A stretch of 63,330 nucleotides of DNA, counting the filler, from Octopus bimaculoides (taxonomy: Eukaryota): the NCBI RefSeq assembly GCF_001194135.2. It is 5 parts of 5 records of this genome, joined end to end, with 100 filler letters (N's around TTAATTAATTAA, not from the genome) between each part and the next. Parts side by side here need not be neighbours in the genome. Positions count along the whole stretch, not along the records: positions 1 to 30,139 come from NC_069001.1; 4 more parts are not named here. One strand, 5' to 3'. Shown here one piece after another: positions 12,360 through 25,817 of the stretch. The notes under the pieces are model-generated. The model had not been told where the DNA came from. It did no database searches and worked only from the letters and a program-made list of their open reading frames with translations. Positions within the stretch are counted from its first letter, which is position 1, and each line of letters begins with the position of its first letter. The translations under genes were made by a program, and so were the position numbers.

Positions 12360-12515
12360 TTACAAATGCTTCCACACAGTTTTCCCCTCTAAATTAACTC
12401 AAAAGGCATTGAATGGCCTGAGGACATAGCGGAAGACAGTTACTCGAGGTACCACGCTGTGGGATTGAACTTGAAAGCACATGGCTGCAATGCAAGCTGC
12501 TTTAGCCACAGAGCC
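12360..12515 (-). mobile_element. SINE family B, 5' half, degenerate
   Basis: Reverse complement of the family B head and core (gggattgaac...acatgg...gc..ctttagccacagagcc). Confidence 0.65.
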
Positions 12516-12724
12516 ATTAAAATTTTCTTTTAATCTTTTTTGAAAATACATGAGATTATTTCATATAATAATTGAACATCTTAAAAATTAATCATATTGT
12601 AATATAATAAGACTTTAGTTTAATAAATATTGACATTTGTTTAACGTTGGAATAACGATATCTGGCTCTTATTAGCGTCTCTCACACATTCAAGCGTATT
12701 CCTCAGTTTAATTAGCAATGATAA

Positions 12725-12841
12725 CTCTATACAGGTATATGTGTATGTATGTATGTGTATGTGTGTCTGTGTGTATTTGCACATATACATATATTAAGTA
12801 TATATATTGCACATATATACATATATGTATATATCCTTAAG

Positions 12842-12886
<45 letters not shown>

Positions 12887-12932
12887 CATTGATATGTATA
12901 CGTATGTATATATTTATATGCAAATACACACA

Positions 12933-12980
<48 letters not shown>

Positions 12981-13035
12981 CAGAGAGAGAGGAGGGAGAG
13001 AGAGACACGCTGATATATATAAACACACATATACA
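12725..13035. repeat. Compound (TA)n/(CA)n/(GA)n microsatellite
   Basis: Directly visible. Confidence 0.9.
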
Positions 13036-13538
13036 TGTATTTATATATAGATATATATCCTGAAGTGTTACTTTCCTTGCGAGCGAGATGCTCCGAGATT
13101 GTCTGCCGAACCTAAAACATTTCCATTTCTGAAGTAGTAATTAACGCTAGCCATTTAAAACACTCATATAATATTACTTTCACTTTCCTATTATTACTTA
13201 ATGGCATTGTATAATATAATTTGTCGAAAAGTTGCATCGCATATTTAGTCGCTGATCGCTGACGCTGTGAAGCGATAGAGGAGGAGGGGGTTATTGCAGC
13301 GGAACTGTGAAAATGATCAGAACGCAGATGGTATTGTAAAGGTTTTGACACTGTGCGCTGTACGCTGCTATTAATATATGAGATATGTGGTTATAAGATT
13401 TTATATGTGTATGTGTTGGACTCTGTGTGTGTGTGGTGCGTGCATGTGTGTGTGTGTGTGTGTGCTTGAATAGTTAATATATATATACGAGGATATATAT
13501 ATAAATATATATACACACACACATAAATAAATATATAT

Positions 13539-13571
<33 letters not shown>

Positions 13572-14837
13572 GAATATATATATACGTATGTATAGACATA
13601 TATGTCTATATGCAGAAGTATATGAACATATCTATATCAATCTAGCTATTTGTGTGTGCATGTCTTTGCTTGTGTGAGTGTATGTTGCATCAATTTTAGA
13701 GTAGTTGCAACACGACTGCCATCTTTTTGTGCGTTTATAAAGTTCTATTTTCTCGTGACGTTTTTATTTGTTTTCTTTTTTTATATATATTTTGGCACCT
13801 ATCATTTCAAAGCATATATATGAAATATATTCTTGTGCGACATAAAGTTATATTTCATTGACAATATAGTATTGCATAACATTACTCATCTCCTTTTGGC
13901 CCTTTGTCTATTGTTCTCCCATATCTATCTACAGTTGCGCTTTTAAAGTATAACATTGCAATATCTAACTTTTAGTCACAGAAACTTTTAGCACTCATGT
14001 ATTCTTTCGACAGACAGGCTGGGTTCAGTTTCCATATATTATCTTGAATTTGAGTTTTCCTCCATTTGTTCCGAAGAAAGAAAAATATAAATAAATATAA
14101 AATATTTTTTGAAAATGGTCAGAATGTGAAGGCAAACCCATTTTTGCATTAAAGATTTGGCCAGCGAACCAAAATTAATTTTGACAGATTAATGTCCGAT
14201 TTGTAATTTCATATTAATGAAAAAGGAATAAAAATGAGCCGTTGTTAGCAGAGATTGAGTCAAATAGTAAATCAATTATCATATCGTGAAATTCACTTAA
14301 AACACANNNNNNNNNNNNNNNNNNNNNNNNNNNNNNNNNNNNNNNNNNNNNNNNNNNNNNNNNNNNNNNNNNNNNNNNNNNNNNNNNNNNNNNNNNNNNN
14401 NNNNNNNNNNNNNNNNNNNNNNNNNNNNNNNNNNNNNNNNNNNNNNNNNNNNNNNNNNNNNNNNNNNNNNNNNNNNNNNNNNNNNNNNNNNNNNNNNNNN
14501 NNNNNNNNNNNNNNNNNNNNNNNNNNNNNNNNNNNNNNNNNNNNNNNNNNNNNNNNNNNNNNNNNNNNNNNNNNNNNNNNNNNNNNNNNNNNNNNNNNNN
14601 NNNNNNNNNNNNNNNNNNNNNNNNNNNNNNNNNNNNNNNNNNNNNNNNNNNNNNNNNNNNNNNNNNNNNNNNNNNNNNNNNNNNNNNNNNNNNNNNNNNN
14701 NNNNNNNNNNNNNNNNNNNNNNNNNNNNNNNNNNGATTAGATTTGATAGATATTTAGTAGACGGAAAAGTACTACGTTGCAGATTGCATATACATGCAGA
14801 TGTATTGTACACACACATTATATATATATATATATAT

Positions 14838-15095
14838 AGGCGCAGGAGTGGCTCTGTGGAAAGTAGCTTGCTTACCAACCACATGGTTCTGGGTTTAGTC
14901 CTACTGCGTGGCACCTTGGGCAAGTGTCTTCTACTATAGCCTCGGCCGACCTTAGCCTTGTGAGTGGATTTGGTAGACGGAAACTGAAAGTCACCCGTCG
15001 TATATATATTTGCGTGTGCGTGTTTATGGGTGTGTACGTCCCCCAACAACGCTTGACAACCGATGCTGATGTGTTTACGTCCCTGTAACTGTAGC
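14838..15095 (+). mobile_element. SINE family B
   Basis: ggcgcaggagtggctctgtggaaagtagcttgcttaccaaccacatgg...caccttgggcaagtgtcttctactatagcc. Confidence 0.9.
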
Positions 15096-15599
15096 TATTT
15101 TGTAAAATTGTATGTACTAAGTGATACTTATCTCTCACTTCATGGAGTACATTTTTCTTGCTCCCACTTGTAACAAAATTGTAAACTATATGTATATATC
15201 AATATAAATAAGTAATATATATATTATTTATTTATATTACACAATGGGATGAGCTGAGAAGAGAAAACGAACTATTTAATTAAAGTTTTATATATTGAAG
15301 AACAAGTTGAATCAGCTCTTTATTGATTAAATTATGGTCATATGTTCACATTTTTGACGTTTGTGTGGAGTGAATTTAAAAGAAAACGTAAATACCTTCT
15401 GTTTGAGATTATTCGGGCCTCTACAGTTTGGCGCTTAAAATATCTAACAACATTAGTTTCTTCTGGCTCGCTCCCCATCATATAGTATACATTTGTTTAC
15501 GTATGACTCTCCAGTAACAGCTTTGGTGCTATCAGGTCATGCCCCAGCATAGTGGCAGTTCTGTAACGAAAGTCAGATACAAGATGTAAAGAGTTATAT

Positions 15600-15679
15600 A
15601 CGCACACACAATGCTCAAACACACACATACACACACGAACACACACACGCACTCGTACACACGCACATAAGCGCGCGCA

Positions 15680-15739
<60 letters not shown>

Positions 15740-15890
15740 CCGGGCGTGCTAACGACTCTGCCATCTCGACGCCTTGACACAGGCCTTTCGGCCGGCGCGT
15801 TAACCTTTCTGCCAGCCCGCCTATATGTATACACATACAGACATACATACATATGTCATACGTGTATATATATATATATATATATATATG
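15600..15890. repeat. Compound (CA)n/(TA)n microsatellite around a SINE-A head fragment
   Basis: Directly visible. Confidence 0.85.
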
Positions 15891-16196
15891 CACAGTGAGT
15901 GAGTGAGAAATCCACATTAACATACAGCAGCTATCTTATATGGCTGTTGTGTGTTTATGCTTAATATTTCTACACACGTTTTGTTTTTCTTTCACCTTTT
16001 ATGAGCGTTTTAATCATGTGTTAGTGTTAGACTTATATGAGTTTGTGTGCGTTTAGCGCTATCGCTTGCACTTCTCCCTCTCCTTACGAGTTGTCTGTGT
16101 ATTTCTGTGTTCGACTGTGAACCGTGGCGTAGAAGACCATCTCATAATGCAATTTCCTATGTGTGCTAGACAGGCATTTTATTTTCTGCATTCCTC

Positions 16197-16197
<1 letters not shown>

Positions 16198-16242
<45 letters not shown>

Positions 16243-16515
16243 GTTGTTGTTGTTGTTGTTATCATCATCATTAGCGTTGTTGTTAACATCGGTATTGTTG
16301 TTATTGTTATTAATATCCCCATTATTATGAATAGTAGTATTTTTTCATATCATTATTATTATAATTGTTATTGTTGTTATTATTAATAGTATCATCATGA
16401 CTCGTATCATTATTATTATGTTACTATTTTTACTAGCATTAATCATAATTATTATTAATATTATCATTATTATTATCATCATCATTATTATTATTACTAT
16501 TATCATTATTATTTT
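16198..16515. repeat. Compound trinucleotide array (ATT/GTT/ATC)n
   Basis: Directly visible. Confidence 0.9.
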
Positions 16516-16879
16516 ATTTAAACGAACTTCGTTGATGGCACTCGGGAATTTATATTTTGTATCCTTTGTTTGTTCGAACAAGTCTTCGCAATTAAAATTT
16601 AATTAAAGAAACCTAAAACGAGGAAAAAGCGATATTTTACATTAGTTTTTATTTGCGGCTGAAAAGAAAAATTAGCCAAAAAGAAAAGCAACTTGTTATG
16701 ATGCGATTCCAATCACTGGGATGATATTCAATAAAAATACAAGACTAATTTCTGTTGCCGAAGAGTTAAAGGAGAGAGAAATGGATCTCTGTAGCATACA
16801 CAACCATACAGATATAATCGGAAAATAAATGCATAATTATATATATATGTGCACATTTTCTCATTCTTCCTATGATTAG

Positions 16880-16912
16880 GATACGTAGACAGAAACGGAA
16901 AGAAGCCCGTTG

Positions 16913-16977
<65 letters not shown>

Positions 16978-17165
16978 ACCCCCACCATCAATTGACAACC
17001 GATTTTGGTGTGTTTACGTGCCCGTAACTTAGCAGTTCGGCTAAATAAACCGATAGAATAAGCACTATGCTTACAGAGAATAAGTTCTGGGGTTCCATTT
17101 GTTCGACTAAAAGTGGTGCTTCAGCATGGCCGTAGTCAATTGACTGAAACAAATAAAAGAGAAAA
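16880..17165 (+). mobile_element. SINE family B, 3' half
   Basis: gtagacagaaacggaaagaagcccgt-(TA/GT)n-...tttacgtgcccgtaacttagc...gcatggccgtagtc. Confidence 0.85.
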
Positions 17166-17639
17166 AAAGAATATATATATATTTATAGATAGATAGCCAG
17201 ACAAACAGATAGATCGATATACAGATACATGTATACATACACTGTATGTTTGTGTATATGTATAAAATTTTTCCCGTGCATAAGACTACGATGTGCGCAG
17301 GTAAAATAGAAAATATGTATATATACAATTGCACGCATTTAGTCGCGTAGCTTTCTCATGATCAACAATAAAAGCATCAGAAAGAAAAGTAAATGAATAG
17401 TTTAGCAGGAGAAAGTGGGGTGCAAAGGGGCCTGATCACCATTGAATTCACGAAAACACAAACTACTTTCCTTTTCTTAACGATATGTGAAGAAAACAAG
17501 CCCGAATCTCTATAACACCGTCATGAAATCATATAATATAAATAAACACACACACATATAAATATATAAATATCGAACAATGTATCCACACAGTAATAAT
17601 AGAATAACAACAAACGCAAGAACAGTAATAAACAAAAGC

Positions 17640-17684
<45 letters not shown>

Positions 17685-20233
17685 CCTCTAAAAATAACCA
17701 CACTAAGAAATTGCATCCGAAAACGAAATGTCAATGATTATAGCTAGGTCAACTAATTCTGCTAATTCCGAAAGGCAAATGATCGAAAAACAAAATAATA
17801 AATATAATAATAATAATAATAATAATAACACCGAAGAATTTTAATGAATAAACTCTAATAAAATTGAACGTAGAAAAAATACAACGGAAAAGGAAGAAGA
17901 ATCATAGAGTTTTTATGTTATTTTTTTTATAAATATAGAAAATGAAATACAAGCGATAACTTTTTTGGAAGAAAGATGTAAAGTATGAAATTATCAGTGA
18001 AATAAAATTTAAATTATCAGAGAGGGAACTTGGTTTAACCAACCCTTTACCAGAACTACTACCACCACCAACATCTTGCAATTCTGTTTTTCTTTTCTTT
18101 TATATCTTAGTTGTTTTTTTTTTTATTGTTGTTATTTTATAATTGGCATTAATTTGATTGATACACTGTTGGAGATATTTAAACAAAAGTCATTACAAAG
18201 TTGGTAGTCATCCATCATTTAAGCAATCGAACGTTTGTATCGAGCATCCTTTCCTATGCGATATAATTTTCCTCGATCAGTGGGAAAAAAAAAGTAAAGA
18301 TACTGTCGGTGATGGGGAAGGAAAGGGTGTAAAACATAAAGATTGCTAAGATTTCTTCCTTCTAGTCTTTTATTTTATAATTCTATTAATAATTTGCTTG
18401 TTTCAAAGGCAGCAAGCAGGCAGACATCTGCGTCGGCCGTTGGGCAAAATGCTTTGCGGCATTTTACATTTGTACGTTCTGAGTTCAAATTCTACAGTCA
18501 TCGACTTTTTTCAGTATTGTACTCTGCCTCTGGTATTCGAGTACTATTTTTCCACCTTGTTTTTCACCTATGTGCTTATCTGTGTATGTATATATGTATT
18601 GAGAGAATGCAGAGTTATTTACTATATAGTCTGTTCTGTTACGTTACTCTTATGGATGTGAACACCATTGACAGCAATGATGACGATGACGAAGATTATA
18701 ATGATGACGACGACTATGAGAATGATGACGACCCCGACAGCGAAATAGGTGATTCCATTATAAACTTAGTAATAAGTGTTTGTCTAGAGGGTACCAAAGA
18801 AAGTCAGTATTAGAGACAAAGAAGCAAAATCTGAAGGAATTCGAAGATAACGTCTATTTTATTCACCTCGAAAGTTAACTTAAATGGTTTTAGCTTAATA
18901 AGAATGCTACCACATACAGAGTTAAGTGGTTTATGTCCAGATATGTACATAAAATTTGTGAAATAATTCTAGTCTGGCATATAAGTAGAGAAAGAGAGAA
19001 GAGGAAGAGGGAAGAAAGGAAAAAAGAGAGAAAGAGACTTTCCAAACATTGACATGGAGCGTTTAAAATGTACAAGACATTACGATTATTGTATAAGACG
19101 TTCCAAAAGTCTGTGTGACAAATGATAAAAATAGTCTGCAAGAGGTCTGGTCTTCGTAATAATAATAATAATAATGATAATAATAATAATAATAATAACA
19201 ATAATGATGATAATAATCATAATGATGTTTTAAAATTTTGGCACACAAACCCAGCAGTTTCGTAGTAGTTTGAACTCAGAGCGTAATGTCAGTTCTACTA
19301 AGCATTTTTTTCCCTGACGCCTCAGAATCTGGTCTCCTTTCCTTAGAATATATCATTGATAATCCTAAGTGAGACTTAGAGACCCAAGTATAAAACAAAG
19401 CAAGAAGAAAAACGAAAATAACAATAAGATTTATTATTACTACCGTTAATATTGTTATTGTCCAGGTGGCGTGATGGCAGAATCGTTAGCACGCCGGGCG
19501 AGATGCTTAGCAGTCACACATACACACAGTCACACACACTCACACATATGCACTCACACTTAGACATACACACACAGGCACATACACATACATACACACT
19601 CATACACACATGCATACACACACACTCATGCACACACACGCTCATAGACACACATGCATACACACACACTCAGAAACACACATATATACTACGGTCTTCT
19701 TTGAATTTCCATCAACGAAAACTATTCACAATACTTTATTCGGTCCGAAGCTTTAATAGGAAATACATGCCCGAAGTTGTCACGCGGTGGGGGTTGAACC
19801 TGATGAACCTGAAACCACGTGATACGTGCTGTTTTTCATTTTGATTCTCTGATTAATACTAAAAAGAATGCTCTGCTCATAATCATTCGAATACTTTCTA
19901 AGCTAAAGAGATACATGCGGCTTATTCTCGGCTTCTTGATGCTTAACGCATAGAATTACAAATTATGCATCTTTTTGACGCTTGTCACTGGACACCTCGA
20001 CTTACATGAGGTACCCTACGACGGGTACCTCACACAAGCACCTTAATAAACGTTTACGTATCACTGTTCTACCTCACCATCTCCAGACCAATATATCAAG
20101 CAGTAAATCGGATATGAAGGGATTAATCTCGTTGATGCCAAAGCTTTAATCTGTATGTAATCTACTAAGAGCAGCCAAAAAGTTTCCAGGATGCTCTTAG
20201 GATTAATTTCTAATGGTAGATATAACACGTTCC

Positions 20234-20460
20234 CATCCATCCAATATCTACGCCCGTTATTCCTGTAACAGTGATGGGCATAGAAATGTCAGACGCCTCT
20301 TCCTTAGGGCCCTCTCAGAAGCCACCGTCATTATATTTATGACTGGATTCCCATGCCTGACCAATGGAGACTAGAAGCTTTATCCAACCATCTCGTTCTT
20401 GGTCTGCCCGTAGGTCTTTTACCGGTAGGAGAAATAAGGCCTCTACCACACGAACGTATG
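20234..20460 (-). mobile_element. Short RTE-type LINE 3' remnant
   Basis: Minus frame PTGKRPTGRPRTRWLD (the GKRP.GRPR.RW motif of RTE ORF2 C-termini), ending in a (GGAT)-like tail. Confidence 0.55.
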
Positions 20461-21397
20461 CCCTAAAAACATTACGATGAGTCTATAATTATTGAAGTTA
20501 AGAGTGTGAAAACTGTGAAGAAAAACTTTGCCGTAGTTTCCTATAATTAATAACAGTTCAGTGATTTCGTTGCCGGATCCTTCGTTTAAATAATTGGATG
20601 CGTTGTCTAATTAGAAACGCGAAGAGTGAATTTGGGATGAAATTAGAAGTGTGTTTTGACAGGAAGAATCAAATATTAGTCGAGCCTTAATTAGATAAAG
20701 ACAGAGTTTGGTCACTAATTATCGTTGCTTGTGTGTGATACTGGTTGAAGTATTATGTAAATGAAATATCCAGTGAGAAAAGTGTCAAAAAGACACGTAA
20801 TGTTTTCGTGGATAATTTGAAAATGTAATAGAAAGCCTCTACTTTATTAGTAGTTGTTAGGGAGGCTCCAGGTAGTGGTATAAGTTGAGAGAAATAGCAA
20901 CAAATCTTTATTAAATTACTACTTTCGTTTGGAGTATTATAAATGAGAACGGTGTATGTCTTGATACCATAGAAAAAATACGGACGTTTCACTGGATAAT
21001 TTTGAGATGATCAGGAGGGAAATGACTTCTTTTATTTGATCTGATGGACTAGAAGCAACCTAGGGCTAAGCGGTAACAGCAGTAGTTAATGATATTCTAA
21101 TGCAAGATAGAGTTTCAATGATTTCGCGAAGAAATCGTCTTCTCTGTATTAGGAGAAAAACAGAAAGAGAGAGAGAGAGAGAGGGATAGAGAATGGTGAA
21201 TGCAGAAGTAGCAATGCTGGAGGCACTGTAAGAAACAATAAAATCAAATTATACGGAAAATAATGGCGCTTTTAAATGTCTTGATTGTAATTGAGAGAAA
21301 TTAAAACTGAAGGGAAGAATATTGGGTTGAGGGAAATGGGGAGTTTGAAAGTCGAAGGAAACATTGAGGGAGACTGATTGACGATAATCTACGCAAA

Positions 21398-21780
21398 GAT
21401 GTTGTTGTTGCTGGTGGTGGTGGCGGTGGGGGATTGTCGTCATGGTGGTGGTGGTCGTCGTCGTCATCGTCATCGTTGTCGTGATGTTGGTGGTGGTGAT
21501 GGTGGTGGTCGTGGTGTTTTTGTTGACAATGATGATGATGGTGACGAAGGGGGATGACGACGATGGTCATGACACCTAGGATGATAACAACACCGACGAT
21601 TGTTATAAGAATGATGATGATGATGATGACGATGACACAGAAGACAACGACGTCGATGCTGTTGATTATGATGAGGAGGCGGACGCAGAAAACAAGGACG
21701 AAAATGAGGATAACTTTAATGACGACGACGATGATGATGATGATGACGATGATAGTAAGGAGGAGGACGACGACGAAATG
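21398..21780. repeat. Compound trinucleotide array (GGT/GAT/GAC)n
   Basis: Directly visible. Confidence 0.9.
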
Positions 21781-22779
21781 ATTTTGCCCAAATTTGCCCT
21801 GACCGAGCAGACCCATGCTGAAAATATTCAGTCTTCCCGACCATCCTCAAAGTCTGGGATTTGTCCCTGAGGTACCCGAATCAGGCTGAAACTGCTTGCC
21901 TAGTTTACTACTGGTATTTCAAGTGAAGCCCCATGTCTTTTAACAGTTTTGTATACAATGATGTATAGAAAGTGTGAGTTTCTATTAAAATGCCATAAGA
22001 ATATTTAATATTGGTGAATCTATAGAATTTGCTAAAATTTGCCAAAAGCAATAAAAAATATTTAGAAGAGCAGACGGGAATTGAAAATGAACAACTAAAT
22101 GGCTGAGAATTTCTAAAGCTTAATTAGCATAACTATTATATGGTAAATAAATGTGTATTAGCAGCTTAGCTTTAAAGTAAGCTATATTTATCAATCTATA
22201 TATTTATCTGTGTGTGTGTGTGTGTGTGTGTGTGCATATATACATGTATTAAAAGAATACATTACATATGTTTCCTTTATTTGAGTAAATTTGGCTTGCA
22301 GCTGATTCCAGTAGTCATTATAGGTACATAACTGATAAGTTTACTCAGTTGGTCTATTGATCAATTAAGGAAAATTGAGCGCCTTAAGAAAATTAATGCT
22401 ATTTTCATCAGAACCATTTCTGATGAAGTTAGCATTAATTTTCGTAACCGTCCCACAGGAAAAGAATTAATGTTGGTTTCTAATACAGTAAACAAACGTG
22501 TCAGCCTTAGTATTTCTCTATGACATTATTTTATCGACACGGAAGGCTGGAATGCATCGTAAGGCTTGGATGGTTTCGAACTCAAAATCTTAAGATTTGC
22601 TTCTGAATAGCGCTAGATATTTTGTCCAAAGCCATCCCATTTAAATCAATCTGCCGCTCTTGGATTAGAATAATATTTAAAGAAATTCTGTGATTTTTAT
22701 AATGCTAAGAATATCAGACAAAGACTTACTCTCGAGGTTCACTCTTATTTAACAGCAACAATAAATAATGAGTCACAGG

Positions 22780-23100
22780 TTCATGGACAAAAAAGATGGC
22801 ACAGAAGTGTGTGAACTCGTAAATCGTATTCTGGGCTTATATATTGAACAGCTATGTGCGACTCTGTATTAATGTATAGAAGTGAGGTTTGACCTGCAAC
22901 ATCAGAAATGAGAAGATGGTTGGCGAATTGTAAAATGTGATTGTTAAGGAGTAGCTGAAATTTCTTGACCATGTTATGAGGAAAGAGGGCCAGAAAAATT
23001 AAGCGATAATCGAAAAGATTGGAGGGATAAGAAGCAGAGGAAAGAGAAGGATGATATGGACGTCAATCTTGGTGAACTGAAGCATTAAACAGCAGGAAGA
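22780..23100 (+). mobile_element. Degenerate RTE-type LINE 3' remnant
   Basis: Plus frame LKFLDHVMRKEGQKN*AIIEKIGGIRSRGKRRMIWT resembles the LKFFGHVMR.EGLE.L...GKIEG.R.RGR.R motif. Confidence 0.5.
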
Positions 23101-23169
23101 TAACAATAGAGATCAACCTGGTAATCAACAACTTCCTGGATACAATTATAAATAAATATTATTATTATC

Positions 23170-23610
23170 AAAGGCAGTGAGCTGGCAGAATCGTTAGCAC
23201 GCCAGGCAAAGTGCTTAGCTGTATTTCGTCTGCCGCTACGGTCTCAGTTGAAATTCCGCCGAGGTCGACTTTGCCTTTTATACTTTCGAGATCAATAAAT
23301 TGAGTACCAGTTGCGTACTGGGGTCTATCTAATCGACTGGCCCCCTTCCCCAAAATGTCGGGCCTTGTGCCTAGATAGAAAAAATATCATTATTATGAAA
23401 GGCGGCGAGCTGGCAGAATCGTTACTGCGACGGGAAAAAATGCTTAGCGACATTTCTTACAACTTTACGTTCTGAGTTCAAAAGCCACCAGAGTCGACTT
23501 TGCTTAACGACCTCTCGAGAGTCAATAAAACAAGCACCTATTGAGCACTGGGATCGATGTAACAGACTTACTCGTCTCCCGAACTTGCTGGTTTTGTGCC
23601 AAACTTTCAA
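23170..23610 (+). mobile_element. Two near full-length SINE family A copies in tandem
   Basis: Each begins aaggc(a/g)g(t/c)gagctggcagaatcgtta and contains the family core and tail. Confidence 0.9.
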
Positions 23611-24515
23611 AGCCGTATTATGAATGTTACATAAAACTTAACTGATTCATGTTTATCAACTCAAACTCCTAACGTACACCAAATGTCATTAAGCAAATGC
23701 CCAAAAGCCGAAGCAGTTCCTGATTCGCAGAAGCAGCTTTTCACAGAGCAAAATGTTTGCACAATAAGATACTTGCTCGAAGCCATTAGTAAAATTTAAT
23801 ACCGTATAATTTATCTGCCACAAAAACGATAGCAGCAAATCCCACGCCAGGGAAACTACTAACATTTGGTCCAACATGGCCCATAGCAAAACTGTCATAA
23901 ACTGCACGAGGAAATAATTCTTGTGATTAATCAAAAGTATTTCCACAGAGGCAACAAAATTTATAAATTATTCAATGGCAATAGTTAACTTTATGTATAG
24001 AAAAAAACAATTTCGCTGGGTAACTATAGAAACCATCGAAATAATACGAATGTATAAAGACTAAGTGAAAGTCATTGTGATTGCGAAAATACCGAGTTTT
24101 ATTTCCTGCATTAAAAATGAATGATCGATCTTGTTGCATATTGAACGACTACAAGAGAGAACTACTCAGAGGGTTAAAGAAAGTATTCTTATCGCGGAAG
24201 CACAGTATGAAATGCAGAGGCCTCAAGTTCAGTGTAGATCAAAGACGAAAGCTTCATTTGACCCTAGAGAAAACCGAACAAGAAAATCAGATTCATACAG
24301 CCCTATGCATTCTCCGGTGGATATATGCACAATATCTACCTGATGCAATACAACGTAGACTTGATCGGAACTATATATACTTAGGTGGGTTTCTAAATAA
24401 TTCAGATTGAAGCAAATTTAATCATAAGGCTAGGTCGAGGATTCCTGCTTGGTGGTTGCTCTCAGCTCACCTGGTTTCCAAACACAAACACACAAACAAA
24501 TACACACACACGCAC

Positions 24516-24557
<42 letters not shown>

Positions 24558-24566
<9 letters not shown>

Positions 24567-24735
24567 TACGACGGGCTTCTTTCAGTTTGCGTCTACCAAA
24601 TCCACTGAAAATGCTTTGGTCGGCCCGAGGCTACAGTAGAAGACACTCGCCCAATGTGCCACACAGTGGGACTGAACCCGGGACCAAGTGGTTGGTAGGC
24701 AAGCTACTTACCACACAGCCGCTCCTGCGCTTATA
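24558..24735 (-). mobile_element. SINE family B, 5' half
   Basis: acgacgggcttctttcagtttgcgtctacc...gtgggactgaaccc...accacacagccgctcctgcgcc-like head on the minus strand. Confidence 0.9.
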
Positions 24736-25740
24736 TTTCTATATTTCGTCTCTTTGACTGAGCTACGCTTCTGAGTCAAATACAGACCGTTTTTGTGTTG
24801 TTTGGTATCTGACTCACACTACGTTCTACTGGGAGGACATATAAGAACACGGTGTTCTTCGTTTTATTCTAACCATTATCTACACAACGAAAGACAAAAC
24901 CTCCTCCAACTGACGCCGATTAGTCTTGCCTGATGCCAATCAAATTTATGTAGTGCAATGTCTGCTAATTTATTGCACTCATCTCTTCAACTGCACATCT
25001 GTCTGTTGCGATTGCGTGAAGCTGTCCCCCATCGAGACGCTATTTTAACCAGTTTCTACATTTCGTGTGAAAATACATTACATATTATACTGTAAATACT
25101 ATTGGGAGAAAAATAGGAATTATATGTTCAAAAAATATTAATAATTTGTATTTCGATGAATAGAATTTATTAAAATCTATAAAATAGAAATATAAGTTTC
25201 AATTGTATTACATGTCCCCTTATGTTTCACAATAGTTTCACGAAGCGGATTTTCATTATTTCTCGTGTATTTCAATTATCATACGTCTTTCGCATTCACT
25301 AGAAAATTGTTAAATACATTGCATTCTATGATCTATTATATTTAAATTGAATTATTTAAAACCTCATGATTTACATTTTCCAGAATATAATAACTGAAAA
25401 GAAACTGTTACATAATTCATTTCCTACACAATGCATCAAAATGTTCTTTTGGTGAAGTTTGTGAAAAATAAACTTCTGTCTGTCGGTTTGTGTACTGTGT
25501 GTTGTTTTATTCAACTTAGTTTTAAACTGTTTTCAGAATGATGTATATCGATCTGATGATACAGTTTTTACTAACTCATGCTGTGTGAAAGGCATTCATC
25601 ACTCAGCCATGAAGTCACAAAGTTGGTTATAAATTGATTAATGTTGCCGCTTGGTAAAGAACATCGTTTCCTAAACACGTGTTTCTCAGTTCAATTTGCA
25701 ATACATGTGGTATACATGTGGACTTAGTCTATCAGCACAC

Positions 25741-25744
<4 letters not shown>

Positions 25745-25814
<70 letters not shown>
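25745..25814. repeat. (CA)n microsatellite
   Basis: Directly visible. Confidence 0.95.

Positions 25815-25817
<3 letters not shown>

Noticed and set aside
13050-13400. CpG-containing unique segment that looks promoter-like
   Set aside because: This part of the window is generally not CpG-depleted, and no associated gene start or clear core motif was seen.
18343-18813. 156-aa ORF with a poly-Asp tract (and 32481-32813 with Gly/Glu/Pro runs)
   Set aside because: A composite of a SINE-A fragment and (GAT/GAC)n or (GGT)n repeats, with no coding coherence.
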